From Lytechinus pictus (taxonomy: Eukaryota), in contig NC_087251.1 in assembly GCF_037042905.1 (NCBI RefSeq), positions 46,192,001-46,256,000 of the forward strand: DNA of 64,000 nucleotides, read 5' to 3'. The notes under the pieces were generated by a model. The model was not told the origin of the DNA. It was given only the letters and a program-made list of their open reading frames with translations, and searched no databases. Position numbers and translations under genes: made by a program. Of this stretch, positions 13,276 through 25,754 are shown in pieces (position 1 is the stretch's first letter; every line of letters starts with the position of its first letter).

Positions 13276-13685
13276 TTAACGTTCCAGTCACAACACGTAA
13301 CCGTCTCCAAACTGACCGACAGTCTGTCATTGGAAATAACGTTATAAATCTGGTCGGTCTCGGGTCAATTTACCCAGTGTGACTGCGGCATTAATTTAAT
13401 AGACCATTTTCGTTCAGAAACAAACAATTGAGAAGCCTTGTCGATATTTGTGAAGCATTCGAATTTAAGTTATCAATTAAAATGATTAGCGGTGATTATT
13501 GGCTCATACAGGGCTGAAGTATAATGAATGTACGATCCCGTCTTGAAATTTTGCTTTATACTGGAGCAAATAATGCATTTTTGTATGTCATTAACTCGAA
13601 CAATAGAAAGGCGTTTGGAATTTTCGAATGAAATCAATCTGCATATCTCATCCTCTTCACATAACGGCTAAATGGATTAATGCTA

Positions 13686-13853
13686 CACTCTAAAAAACGA
13701 AGTGCTAATTCAGCTCTTAAAGAGCGTGTATAGTGACTGCACTTCGGAGTGCTGATTTTTTAGTTCAAATTTGAACGAGAAAATCAGCACTCCGAAGTGC
13801 AGTCACTATACACGCTCCTTAAGAGCTAAATTAGCACTCCAGTTTTTAGAGTG
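13686..13853. mobile_element. Fully palindromic MITE (CACTCTAAAAA..TTTTTAGAGTG, TA flanks; CACTA/EnSpm-like)
   Basis: Near-perfect 168-bp hairpin centred on GTTCAAATTTGAAC, with TA on both sides. Confidence 0.88.
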
Positions 13854-14129
13854 TACCACAGTTAGGAGTGGAGAATGTCCGTTTACTGTGTTTGATCAAG
13901 GTTGATTGTACCCCATTAACATGGTGAATATGAGTGGGAAAAGCGACTGGATAGGCTACTCGAGTCATGTAAGTGCTGATAATTAGCGGGTTTTCGCAAT
14001 CACAACACAGGCGCTTCCTGGTACACTGGGAATCTATTTAAAATGACCATCGACTCACAATAAATAGGTTAGGGGTCAGTATGCAATATTGTTAAACTGG
14101 AGACCGCAGATCGTCCTTAGATTAACTCG

Positions 14130-14587
14130 AATGTCCATTTGTGCAATACACGGCAGAAAAATCTTATCCACCAACCACTTGCAAGAACAAATACTGCTTT
14201 GAATTATTTTGTGATAGTTTGTATCAAAGAATGGAATAAGGTACCACAAAGCTTTAGATCCTGTCCAACACTGCCTATATTTAAAAATTCATGTCGAAAA
14301 TATTTATTTGAAAGATTACAAAATATCTTAAATTGAATCTTGATAAACCATATGTGTGTGAGGGTGTGTGTGTGGATTTTTGTATGTATTTTTCTTATTT
14401 GCTCTCTAGATTATCATTGTATATATTTTTCATCTCATTCTTGCTGTAATGTTCTATATAAGGGGCCCCTCTCACAAGCTCTGCTTCTATGGGGTCCCAA
14501 ACCTATCATGTATTCTCATTTTTTTTTAAACTGTGTAATATGTCTCTTGTTTTGATTGGTTTAAATAAACTTGAACCTGAACTTGAG
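14130..14587 (+). mobile_element. 5'-truncated non-LTR retrotransposon (CR1/L2-group) 3' end
   Basis: ORF remnant NTRQKNLIHQPLARTN..F..CIKEWNKVPQSFRSCPTLPIFKNSCRKYL matches the typical ORF2 C-terminal pattern (NTR..P..RT..WN.LP...FK). It is followed by a 3'UTR hairpin (GGGGCCCC..ACAAGCT..GGGGTCCC), AATAAA and an (ACTTGA)n tail. Confidence 0.8.
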
Positions 14588-14706
14588 ATTCGGAGCTGAC
14601 GAAAAATTGCCAATATGTCGTTTTTCCAGAGTCCACGACGGCACTGTTGTTTTGATTTACCGGTTTCAAAGGCTGCTGTGTGATGAAGTGCTTTCGACAA
14701 TAGATT
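14588..14706 (-). repeat. Partial copy of an old dispersed repeat family (five copies in the window)
   Basis: TCCAGAGTCCACGACGGCACTGTTGTTTTGATT..CAAAGGCTG..TGAAG..ATAGATT is the diverged reverse complement of 32718-32810. Confidence 0.7.
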
Positions 14707-15171
14707 TTTAACGTTTAACGTTTAATAGATTTTTAACGTTTAACGTTTAAAGTAAGCATCTGTCTAGTGTTGCGAAACTCCCTAGATTGATACGTGGTCT
14801 GTCATTAGTTTAATCACATACTGTACGATTGCATTTGATAGTGCACATTTTCCACTCCTTGTTGAGGATTTTAGTCGGTCACCATAGTCATGGGAAGGGA
14901 AGTTTCATTCCTAATATTGTACCCATCTCTTCTTTACCTTTCACTCTCCCGTTGGCGAAACCATAAATCCTGGCAGCATTTCATGAAAGTATTTGTGTCA
15001 GTTATTTTCATTACCAGCTGTTGTAAGCTACTGAAATATTCGCACCTGATTGGCTGAGAGCATATTGTAAATGAAAGTCACTGACGAAACCGGCCCATCG
15101 AGGTCTATGCTGTTATATCGCCATAGCTATACATTTGCTCTGCCGAATTATTGCTCCGCTGTAAATTCCAC

Positions 15172-15405
15172 CAAGGGCGGATCCAGTAATTTCCAAAGGG
15201 GGGCACAATTTTCCCAAAGAAAAAAGTTTTCTTTCAAAAATTAAGGTCATTTCGTCCACGAAAAAAAGTTAACAATAAAAAAAAAGTCCTCACTTTCAAA
15301 AGTGGGCACATTTCTGTTTTAACGGCATTTCTACATTACAAAATTTAATTGTGCCTCTCAAACGGGGGCGCGGGCCGGCTGTGCCCCCCCCCGGATCCGC
15401 CAGTG
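15172..15405. mobile_element. hAT-like MITE
   Basis: Termini CAAGGGCGGATCC / GGATCCGCCAGTG. 8-bp TSD AATTCCAC / AACTCCAC with one mismatch. Confidence 0.8.
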
Positions 15406-16104
15406 AACTCCACAAACTAATGGAATGACCAGCCTCAACACTGGACTTAACATAATACCTTATCCTAAACCTAACATAAACCCTTTTGCAACCCTAGCTC
15501 TAAGATATAGGATCTTAGACGAAATAAACCAGAAGCAATTGTCGCGTCACTTCTAAGACACCTCCTCAATGTTATCAAGAACCTACTCTACCACCATAGT
15601 TGTGTTGTATCAAGGAGCTTCTTTGTATCGGCATGCTGCCTTGTAATTTCATTTTTCTATCAAATCCACTGGGGATCGACATCAACGACTTTCTATCTTA
15701 TCTCATGCATGGTCGAGATCGAGGGACAGCGCGGCCCTTGATTAATCAACGCTATTTATTTGACTATACGTTCCTCCGTGGAAGCGATCCTTTCTATTGG
15801 AAACAAAAAACTGACCCAGAGTCCTAAATAGATAGATTGAAATCATTCATAGATCAATTTACAAAAGAGACAGAGTGATGGGTAAGGTAATATGTAGTTT
15901 TATAAAAGACTTCGCACGCTCACTAATGCTACACTTCAGTTACATCAACGAAACTGAATCTAAACCGATCGATGGTATATCATTGGTAATAACGTAATAG
16001 CTCTTCTCGGTCTTGAGTCGGCTCTGCCCGTGTGACTACAGCACAAACTTTTAAGACACATCAGAAGTGACACGACATCATTCCGTTATCATTCATGTAT
16101 TTAC

Positions 16105-16520
16105 GCTGCTTGAACATGATTTGCGTTTTGCTTAGTATAATGGAGATAAGTATACAAGGACATCATATCCTTGGATACTATTATAGTAAATTAAATATGC
16201 AACCAGGGAGCGGCTCTTCGCAGTATCTGTTTGTTGGCGGCAACTGTTGGCCCCTGTTTACATTTTCACTTTACTAATTATGATTTGATAATGTTATTTC
16301 TATGAGCATGCTAAGGGGCTCCGTGCGCTCACTACGTTATACGACACGCGATACCATCACAATATGATTCATGCATAAGGCCTACTTGAACATGATTTGC
16401 TTTAATATAATAGCGATGCATACATGACATATACCCTTGAGCGTTATTACAGTAAACTATGTAACCAGAGCCAGCTCTTCACAAGCCTGTTTTTTGCCCC
16501 TGATTAGTTTCATTTTCATG
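16105..16520 (+). repeat. Degenerate tandem duplication, ~280-bp unit
   Basis: CTTGAACATGATTTGC..AGTAAA..TATG.AACCAG..GCTCTTC..CTGTTTT occurs at ~16109 and ~16386. Confidence 0.65.
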
Positions 16521-16979
16521 TTTAATGATAATAATTTGATATCTTATATTGTATTTTATTTAAATTTTGTTCATCGTAGTTGTTTTGTTTACTGAAAAGA
16601 AATGAAAATGAGAATGAAATTACATAAATTTGAAATATAATTTGATACAACCAAATGGAATTAATATACTTGAACATTGTAGGCCTACATAATTGCATTT
16701 GAAAACAATATTTTTTCAATGTAATAATCATGACGATATATTTAAAGTTATTATGCTTGAACTTGTCATACTGTTACTCTCTTTAATTTAAACACAATCA
16801 TGATATCCATTACTGGCTTCATTTTTATTTTGGGCGATTAATTTTCATATATTACATATTTATTTGTATGTTCCTTTTGATTATTTGTTTCCTGAAAAAA
16901 AAATTTGAAAATAAAATATAATGAAATGAAATAAATCTTGCAATACATATTCATTTTTAAATATTCATTTTTAAACAAA

Positions 16980-17275
16980 AGTTCTATATATCATTACGAC
17001 CCAATATTTATTTGTTGTAATTTTGTAATAAAACTAAGTTAGGGGCTTGCCTTTTGTACAAGCTTTGCTTTTTTCGGCAAGACCCTCCGCTTTACTTTTA
17101 AATACAAATGTCTTAGGTAGCTCTACTTTAATATTGAACTGTGTTCCTTAAATCTAAGATTATTTCATATATGTTTTATTATGTCTTGCATTATTTTCGA
17201 CCTTGTTATGTTATATTTATCATAATTATGTACAATTGTGAAACGGAAATCAATAAATCAAATCAAATCAAATCA
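16980..17275 (+). mobile_element. LINE 3'-tail remnant
   Basis: Hairpin CTTGCC..ACAAGCTTTGCTT..GGCAAG, a T-rich UTR, then AATAAA and an (ATCAA)n tail. Confidence 0.55.
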
Positions 17276-18524
17276 CCTTGATCGTTTCATGAATTAGTGA
17301 TTTGTCGGATTTTTTTCTCGTTAGTTACTAAAATGGGCAACATCTGATGTCTCTAAGCAAATTTGTAAGGGAATTAATGTGACTGCCAAGGCGAAAAAAA
17401 TTAAAGGATTAATACCGCTCAGTCTAACAAATTTTGCTAAATATAAAGTAAAACCGAAAAGGCAAAACATTTTAAATTTCATCAAACTTCGTCGAAATCG
17501 GATGAAAGATAATGAAATTATGTTTGCATCATTTCGATGAAACGTTATTATGCAATATACAATTATTAAGCTGATGATGACATATCATACAATTGCTTTT
17601 GTACTTTAAGATTGCATTATAACTATTCTAATTATGTATGATTATCTAACTTGTGTAAAGAAGTTTGTGTACATAATATATATAAAGGATAAAATCATGA
17701 AGATTAGTATATATAACGAATGGAAACGTGATATCATCAGCTAATTCATTACACAAGACGACATACACAAGTGTTTCACCTTATTCATAGAAACTTTGAA
17801 ATTTACTAGCTCCTTTGCTTTGTATTGTGCTTCTTAGGCTTTGCTCCTTTTATTGAAATCATTTTATTCTGAGCTTAAAGTACCACTTCGAGTTTAATGG
17901 TGACGACGTCCTTGACGTTTTATGAAATGAGGTGTTTCATTGAACGTTTTCGTTTTTGAAATCCGTTACCATGGTTGTGTGTTACCCAAGGCGGAATCAT
18001 GCCTCCGGTTTTATTTTACACCTTCCAGCTCTTTCATACGATAGTGTTTCCATCCCGACCGTGTACTTGAGGGTTTCTCTTACCATTTTCTGTGAAAATG
18101 TCCACCTCTAATTTAATTATAGGTGCATAGATCACATCTTGATTTTCTTTCATTCTGCCAGGACGTGGTGTTAATTCTTGAGCTATCCAAGGCAGGTGCA
18201 AACTACCGTCACCATGGCAACAGCATCATCGCTATAAGCTATAGTCAGCCGATTTTCCCCGTTCTCCATCCTCTATGAGCAGTGTTTTATGAAGCATCTT
18301 GACACTGATTTTCACCGACTAGGTTGTTCTGAGCCAATCAGACGCGAGGTTTTCGGTAGCTTATAACGAAAGTAGATAAAAACAATTAACTTCTTGTTCC
18401 ATGAAATGCTCCCTAGGATTGCTTTGACCATGTCGATGTTTGTTGCATAGGGTTGCGAAATGAGCGTCTATTCCACCTCTTTATATTTGGCAGCGTCAGT
18501 TGAATACAGTAGCCTACTCTTTAA

Positions 18525-18888
18525 AGGACAAGTCCACCCCAACAAAAAGTTTATTTGAATAAAAAGAGAAAAATCCAACAAGCATACCACTGAAAATTTC
18601 ATCAAAATTGGATGTTAAATAAGAAAGTTATGACATTTCATAGTTTCGCTTAATTTCACAAAACAGTTCATTTGCACATCCTGGTAAGCATGCAAATGAG
18701 GAGACTGATGACGTCATCCACTCACTATTTCTTTTGTATTTTATTATATAAAATATGAAATATTCTAATTTTTTCCTCATTGTCAAGTGAAACAACGTTT
18801 AGTTCCTCCCTAAACATGTGGAATTAAAGTTGTTTAATACTATATGGTTCCGTCAAGTTTGTCCTCATTGTCAAATATGTAAAAAATA
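18525..18888 (+). mobile_element. Truncated left part of the TTAA-flanked MITE family (Kolobok-like)
   Basis: TTAA|AGGACAAGTCCACCCCAACAAAAA start, colinear with 49907-50280. Confidence 0.8.
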
Positions 18889-21369
18889 CAGGGGAAAAAA
18901 CAAAAATACCATCTTTTTCTATAACTTTGATTAGGGCCTATGTTAACCGGCTGGGATTTCTGATAATTTTACCCAAGCATGCAGATATGTAATTTTGAAA
19001 ATGTTATTGTTGTTTCACTGGTTCTCTGTTACTATGACCGGAAAACCGGTGGTACAATGTGCCCAAGAAATTTAATGGGTCTAATATGGCGTACAAGTCA
19101 TTTTTTTATAAAAAAGCGCGATGAAGCAAAGCGAATGAGAGAAAACATTGACCTTTTTAAAACAACAAGCTAATTTTGTGTAGGATGTTGACATTCAAGA
19201 AATAATGTCATCAATTACCCTTTTCTTTCCTTTTCTTTATATATTTTCTTCTATGTCTTTTCTTTCTTTTTTTCACAGTTGTACAACTTTTGGGAGTCAA
19301 GTGCCTCCAAGCCCCAAATCTACACGCCACTGTATAGAACACTTTCGAAATGACGGGAATCATGCGGGCGGGCGGGCGTTCGCATGATCCGGTCTGATTC
19401 AGTTTATAGACTCGATTGCTTTTAGCGTTCAATTACACTAAACATTAAAGTAACTTGGTTAGGATCTTCATTGCATTTTACAGTCACACCAGCGAAACCG
19501 ACTCCAAACCGACCGAAATGTTAATTGCAAATATCCTACTACTTTCGATCCTTCCCCAGTGGGATTGGCCGATGTGACAGTGACTAATCGGCATTCGGTA
19601 TAGAATTGGTTTGGCGGCGATACAAGGTCATGAAGGCATTACAGAATTATCAGAGAGTAAAAAACGATATTTGATTATAGACTAAAAATCAAGAGTAATT
19701 GAGATGAACTAAATTGATCAAAAGGTGCCTTTTAAAGAACTGTACTTGAATGAAATTGTCTGGGGTATCCATCCAGTAGTATATTACTCATTACATTAAT
19801 GCACATTTGAGGGAATACTTTTTTTTCTAAGAGGTCACATTAATAACAATCTCTCCCATTGGAGTTAAGTCTACTTTAATTTAAACCTTGGGGTTTTAAA
19901 TGATTCCATTATCGTTATCGATCCTGCACATCCAGTTTGAATTTCCATCCCAAACTCTCTTTCTGAGTACAGTGATTTCGATGTGAAACTTTTTCAGTTC
20001 GGTTATAAACTTTCTTTTTATAAATAAAACACACTCTTCATTTAATGAATATTTATGAATACAAAATATTCTATGATTTTGAGAGAAATAATACTTCATA
20101 AAACTAAGCAAGCTCCAAGGTTTACAGTGCTCATCACGACACAACCTAGAATGAAACCTCGAAATATCACTTCTACAGAATCAGAAAAATCTGTGGAAGA
20201 GAAAACTAAATGTTACGAGGGAAACAGAAAGGTAAAAACAGTTTTAAAGATTTGAGCCTCTAAAATCATTGAAATATGTCCTCCCTATACTAATTAATTA
20301 CTAAATGTGCCCTGCTTACCACTTTGTCACTTTATACCCAGCATTCAAATTCACTCTTATTGAACATCAATGTGATTAATAATTCTATTTCTGTTATTTC
20401 AGGTCACCTAGGTGATGTTCATAAATTAATTAATTGTAATGCATCTCATCTTAGTGTCGCATTTTCCCATTGTCTGATTTGATTTTCAGGGACCTTAACG
20501 TTTTTCAATTTTCATGATTTACTTTCCGTGTACCGTTTCCATAAAACTAAACCTCCACTATCGTGACAATGAGTTGCTTTTTGAATTAGATTAGATACTC
20601 ATTTGGTATTCATTTGCCTTTAGATACAGACTTTTTTTTTATGACAGAAACGATTTCCGTTTACAATCTGAACGTTACCGTGAAAGGAAAATAAAAGGCA
20701 TGCATCATCACGATGATTGTCTTTTTTCCAACATTTAATTAAAAAATAGTATTACATTTTGATACTTCTTGGGAAAACCTTAGAATTTAAAGATTCTATT
20801 GAAATACAAACTAAAAATGAAGACGATTGTATATACAGCTATCCTCCTCGGGCATAAAGGATCAGATTAAGGCAGTAGGCCTACTCTTTTAGTTAATGTT
20901 GTGGTTGGGCATGTATAGGTATATAGGCACATTTTGTGGGTGATCAATTTCTTTTCCAAGCACCTGGCGAAGTTTCGATGCAAAATTGGCACGATCGCGG
21001 GCTGAGTGTTGCACTTGATACTTTCTACTAATCACGCTTAAACTCTCTGCCGCCAATTTTAATGAGAAAATATGGTTCCCTGGGACCCGTTCGCTTGCCT
21101 CAAACGGCACGAATAAACCATTAAAAACTAGTGAAAAAGAAACCCCCTAGACAAACGTGCCTAGATAATTCTTAATACATCCCCTGCCAAGCTCACTCAC
21201 CGAGTTTGTCATTGAACTGCATTGCGATAATACCTGCCAATATACATCAAAGAAAGTGGTTTCTTGTGATTAGTATTCGGAACTGTGGGGAGACTTGACA
21301 CATTAATGGGGAATCCTATATTCTTTTGAGTTTAAATTCGGATAGTACTAGTGAGTTTTCGAAATTCAA

Positions 21370-21550
21370 CGGAGTAAATCTATTGAAAATGCCCGTCAAA
21401 TCACTATGAACAGCCGAGAGGTCTTTGTCGAGAATTGTTGAACCGGGAGTGCTGATCGTCGTAACATTCGGTTGTCCAGGGTCACAGACGACACTGCATG
21501 TTTTGATTCACTGAGACTATACTGTTTCATGAATGACGTTTGACAATAGA
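21370..21550 (-). repeat. Copy of the old dispersed repeat family
   Basis: AATCTATTGAAAATGCCCGTC..GGTCTTTGTCGA is the reverse complement of 28600-28652 and 32878-32931. Confidence 0.75.
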
Positions 21551-21643
21551 TTCTCTACGTGCCAGAACGCGTCTGCGTAGCTATACGTAGTGGTTGCTAA
21601 AACTCATTGATTATTAATGTTATTAACGCTAACATTGCATATG

Positions 21644-24600
21644 TACGGAGCCCGCCAGGTACGGAGCCTGCCAGGTGACATGAGGAGAAAAAATTCTCCG
21701 TACATTATTTCGTTCCCACGCAATATTATTTCGTTCCAAGGAATATTATTTCGTTCCCACGCAATATTATTTCGTTCCCACGAAATATTATTTCCCCTCT
21801 CTCCGATCCACCATGCCGCACCAGCCGTGTATAACACGTGCAGCATAGCAACATGCTTTGGTATGCGCTGATCGGGGCGCTGATGATGGTGGTGATGATG
21901 ATGGTGGTAATGATGATGAAGGTGGTGATTATGATGCATAGGCGGATCCAGGTGGGGGCCCGAGGTGCCCGCCCCTCCCCCTATTGGCGGAGCAAAAAAA
22001 AGAAAAAGAAAAAAAAAAGAAAAAAAAAGGGAAAGAAAGAAAAAAGGAAGGAAAAGAAAAGAGAAAAAAGAAGAGGAGGGAGACGTATGAATAAATAAGA
22101 TGAGAGGAAGACTTGGACAAAGTATTTCATGTCACTAAATAAAATTTTCGCTCGCGCTTCGCGCTCGCATTGTCTGTTAAGTGATTCACATATCTTGTCT
22201 GTTTGCATTTATATACATATCTTGTTCAACATGGAGCTCAAATATCAAGTTTGGAAGTCAATATACAAAACATATTTCCCCTCGGAAATCGAACTTTCAT
22301 TAATTTGTGTGATTTACAAATTGATTTTTAAAAAGTGCTCTGTAAAAATTTCAGCTTTATGGTCTGAATATTAACATTTTCCACTCGCGCTGCGCGCACG
22401 CGAATTTTTATTTATCAGGTACCTATTATTTTCATGCATTTCATAAAGTTTTCAAAATATCCCTTTTCAGGTCTGATTGTAAAAACGTATCTAGCGCTGC
22501 CATGCTTGCATTTTGATTGGCGGGTTGTGTATGTCTCAATATTGATTATATAACAAACTACTCAAAATCCCCTTTTCATGACAGTTTATCAAAATTTCGG
22601 CTCGCGATTTGCGCTCGCATTAATGGTTAAAAATATATCAACTGATTACTGATGCATCCTATTTATAATAAAAAAGTGCTTGAAATGTACAGTGTTCAGG
22701 CCATAATGTCATCAGATTCCGCACCCTCATTATGCAATAATAAATAAGATATCAATTTAATAATTAAATTGTCCCTTTTGTTTAATCTCGCGCTTAGCAA
22801 GATAAATAGGAAGATATATAGTCATCATATTCATATGATAACATGTCCTAAGGATGTAATAATGAAAAATATCAGCTCTTTATCAAGTGCAATTTATATC
22901 CACCTTACAATTTTCCTGCAAAGTGTTTGAAAAAGGAAGCTGAAATTGACCCCCTTTTTCAGATCGGAATATCAATTATTTTAAGCTCGCGCTTCGCGCT
23001 CGCTTTTATTTTCATGTATTTAGAATACCTGGATTCTAGGTCTAAATCTGAAACACGCGCGCGCATGTTCATTCAGTTATCCAGTTTCAGATCACAATAT
23101 CAAAATTTTTTGCTCGCCCTTTGTGCTCGAATTATTAATGTAGGGAGATTCCCCCTTTCTCACCCCTTTCATGATCTACGAAACATGAATAAAGTGTCCC
23201 GTTCTATGTCTAAAACTAGAATTTTTCCGCTCGCGCTTCGCGCTCACATTAATTGTTTAGTTATATAGCTATCCTGTTCATGATTACAAATATTAATTAA
23301 AATTTTCAATTTTTTATGTAGAAATGTCATTTTTTTCAGCCCGCGCTTCGCGCTCGCATTATTTGACTGTTGAAATATGTAACGTCTTCATGGCTAACTG
23401 CAGCAGTCTTTAACAGATAGTTCGATCAGTTCAAAACGTGTATAAAAAATTCTGCTCGCGCTTAGCGTTCGTAGTAATTATTGCAGGTACATTTTTTCAG
23501 AATGTTCTAATATTAGGAAAAAATAGAAAAAATTTGCTCGCGCTTCGCGCTCGCATATTATAAAATAATGATTATGATATTATATATATTAATTTTGATT
23601 TAAAGAATAAAGCTAAAAAGTGACTAATAGGAGTACCCCCTTCAAAGAAACAAACAAATCATGAAAGGGGTGAGAAAGGGGGAATCTTCCTACATTAATA
23701 ATGCGAGCGCAAAGCGCGAGCAGAAAATGTTTGTATATGTTTGAACTGATCGAAAAGTGCCGAAAGGACTGCTTGCACTTAGCCATGAAGACGTTACATA
23801 TTTCAACAATCAAATAATGCGAGCGCGAAGCGCGAGCGGAAAAATTCGAGATTAAGACCTAGAACGGGACACTTTATTCATGTTTCGTAGATCATGAAAG
23901 GGGTGAGAAAGGGGGAATCTCCCTACATTAATAATTCGAGCACAAAGGGCGAGCAAAAAAATTTGATATTGTGATCTGAAACTGGATAACTGAATGAACA
24001 TGCGCGCGCGTGTTTCAGATTTAGACCTAGAATCCAGGTATTCTACATACATGAAAATAAAAGCGAGCGCGAAGCGCGAGCTTAAAATAATTGATTCTCC
24101 GATCTGAAAAAGGGGGTCAATTTCAGCTTCCTTTTTCAAACACTTTGCAGGAAAATTGTAAGGTGGATATAAATTGCACTTGATAAAGAGCTGATATTTT
24201 TCATTATTACATCCTTAGGACATGTTATCATATGAATATGATGACTATATATCTTCCTATTTATCTTGCTAAGCGCGAGATTAAACAAAAGGGACAATTT
24301 AATTATTAAATTGATATCTTATTTATTATTGCATAATGAGGGTGCGGAATCTGATGACATTATGGCCTGAACACTGTACATTTCAAGCACTTTTTTATTA
24401 TAAATAGGATGCATCAGTAATCAGTTGATATATTTTTAACCATTAATGCGAGCGCAAATCGCGAGCCGAAATTTTGATAAACTGTCATGAAAAGGGGATT
24501 TTGAGTAGTTTGTTATATAATCAATATTGAGACATACATAACCCGCCAATCAAAATGCAAGCATGGCAGCGCTAGATACGTTTTTACAATCAGACCTGAA

Positions 24601-25754
24601 AAGGGATATTTTGAAAACTTTATGAAATACATGAAAATAATAGGTACCTGATAAATAAAAATTCGCGTGCGCGCAGCGCGAGTGGAAAATGTTAATATTC
24701 AGACCATAAAACTGAAATTTTTACAGAGCACTTTTTAAAAATCAATTTGTAAATCACACAAATTAATGAAAGTTCGATTTCCGAGGGGAAATATGTTTTG
24801 TATATTGACTTCCAAACTTGATATTTAAGCTCCATGTTGAACAAGATATGTATATAAATGCAAACAGACAAGATATGTGAATCACTTAACAGACAATGCG
24901 AGCGCGAAGCGCGAGCGAAAATTTTATTTAGTGACATGAAATACTTTGTCCAAGTCTTCCTCTCATCTTATTTATTCATACGTCTTCCTCCTCTTCTTTT
25001 TTCTCTTTTCTTTTCCTTCCTTTTTTCTTTCTTTCCCTTTTTTTTCTTTTTTTGCTCCGCCAATAGGGGGAGGGGCGGGCACCTCGGGCCCCCACCTGGA
25101 TCTGCCTATACATCATAATCACCACCTTCATCATCATTACCACCATCATCATCACCATGATCATCAGCGCCCCGATCAGCGCATACCAAAGCATTTTGCT
25201 ATGCTGCACGTGTTATACACGGCTGGTGCGGCACGGCGGATCGGAGAGAGGGGAAATAATATTTCGTGGGAACGAAATAAAATTGAGTGGGAACGAAATA
25301 ATATTATAATATTTCGTGGGAACGAAATAATATTGCGTGGGAACGAAATAATATTGCGTGGGAACGAAATAATATTGCGTGGGAACGAAATAGTATTTCG
25401 TGGGAACGAAATAATATCGCGTGGCCACGAAATAGTATTTTGAGGGAACGAAATAATATTGCGTGGCCACGAAATAGTATTTCGAGGGAACGAAATAATA
25501 TTGCGTGGGAACGAAATAATATTGCGTGGGAACGAAATAATATTGCGTGGGAACGAAATAGTATTTCGTGGGAACGAAATAATATTGCGTGGCCACGAAA
25601 TAGTATTTTGAGGGAACGAAATAATATTGCGTGGCCACGAAATAGTATTTCGAGGGAACGAAATAATATTGCGTGGCCACGAAATAATATTTCGTGGGAA
25701 CGAAATTATGTACGGAGAATTTTTTATCCTTCATGTCACCTGGCGGGCTCCGTA
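21644..25754. mobile_element. ~4.1-kb foldback-type palindromic element with 21-bp tandem repeats in the outer arms
   Basis: 21660-23250 is the near-identical reverse complement of 23816-25754; the ORF track shows the same junk peptides on opposite strands. Termini TACGGAGCCYGCCAGGTGACATGA / TCATGTCACCTGGCGGGCTCCGTA. Confidence 0.92.
25253..25708 (+). repeat. 21-bp minisatellite (GAAATAATATTGCGTGGGAAC), ~21 units
   Basis: Directly visible. The inverted counterpart at 21705-21795 has only ~4 units. Confidence 0.95.

Noticed and set aside
25253..25708. Short regular repeats resembling a CRISPR array
   Set aside because: Head-to-tail units with no unique spacers, no cas genes, and a eukaryotic context.
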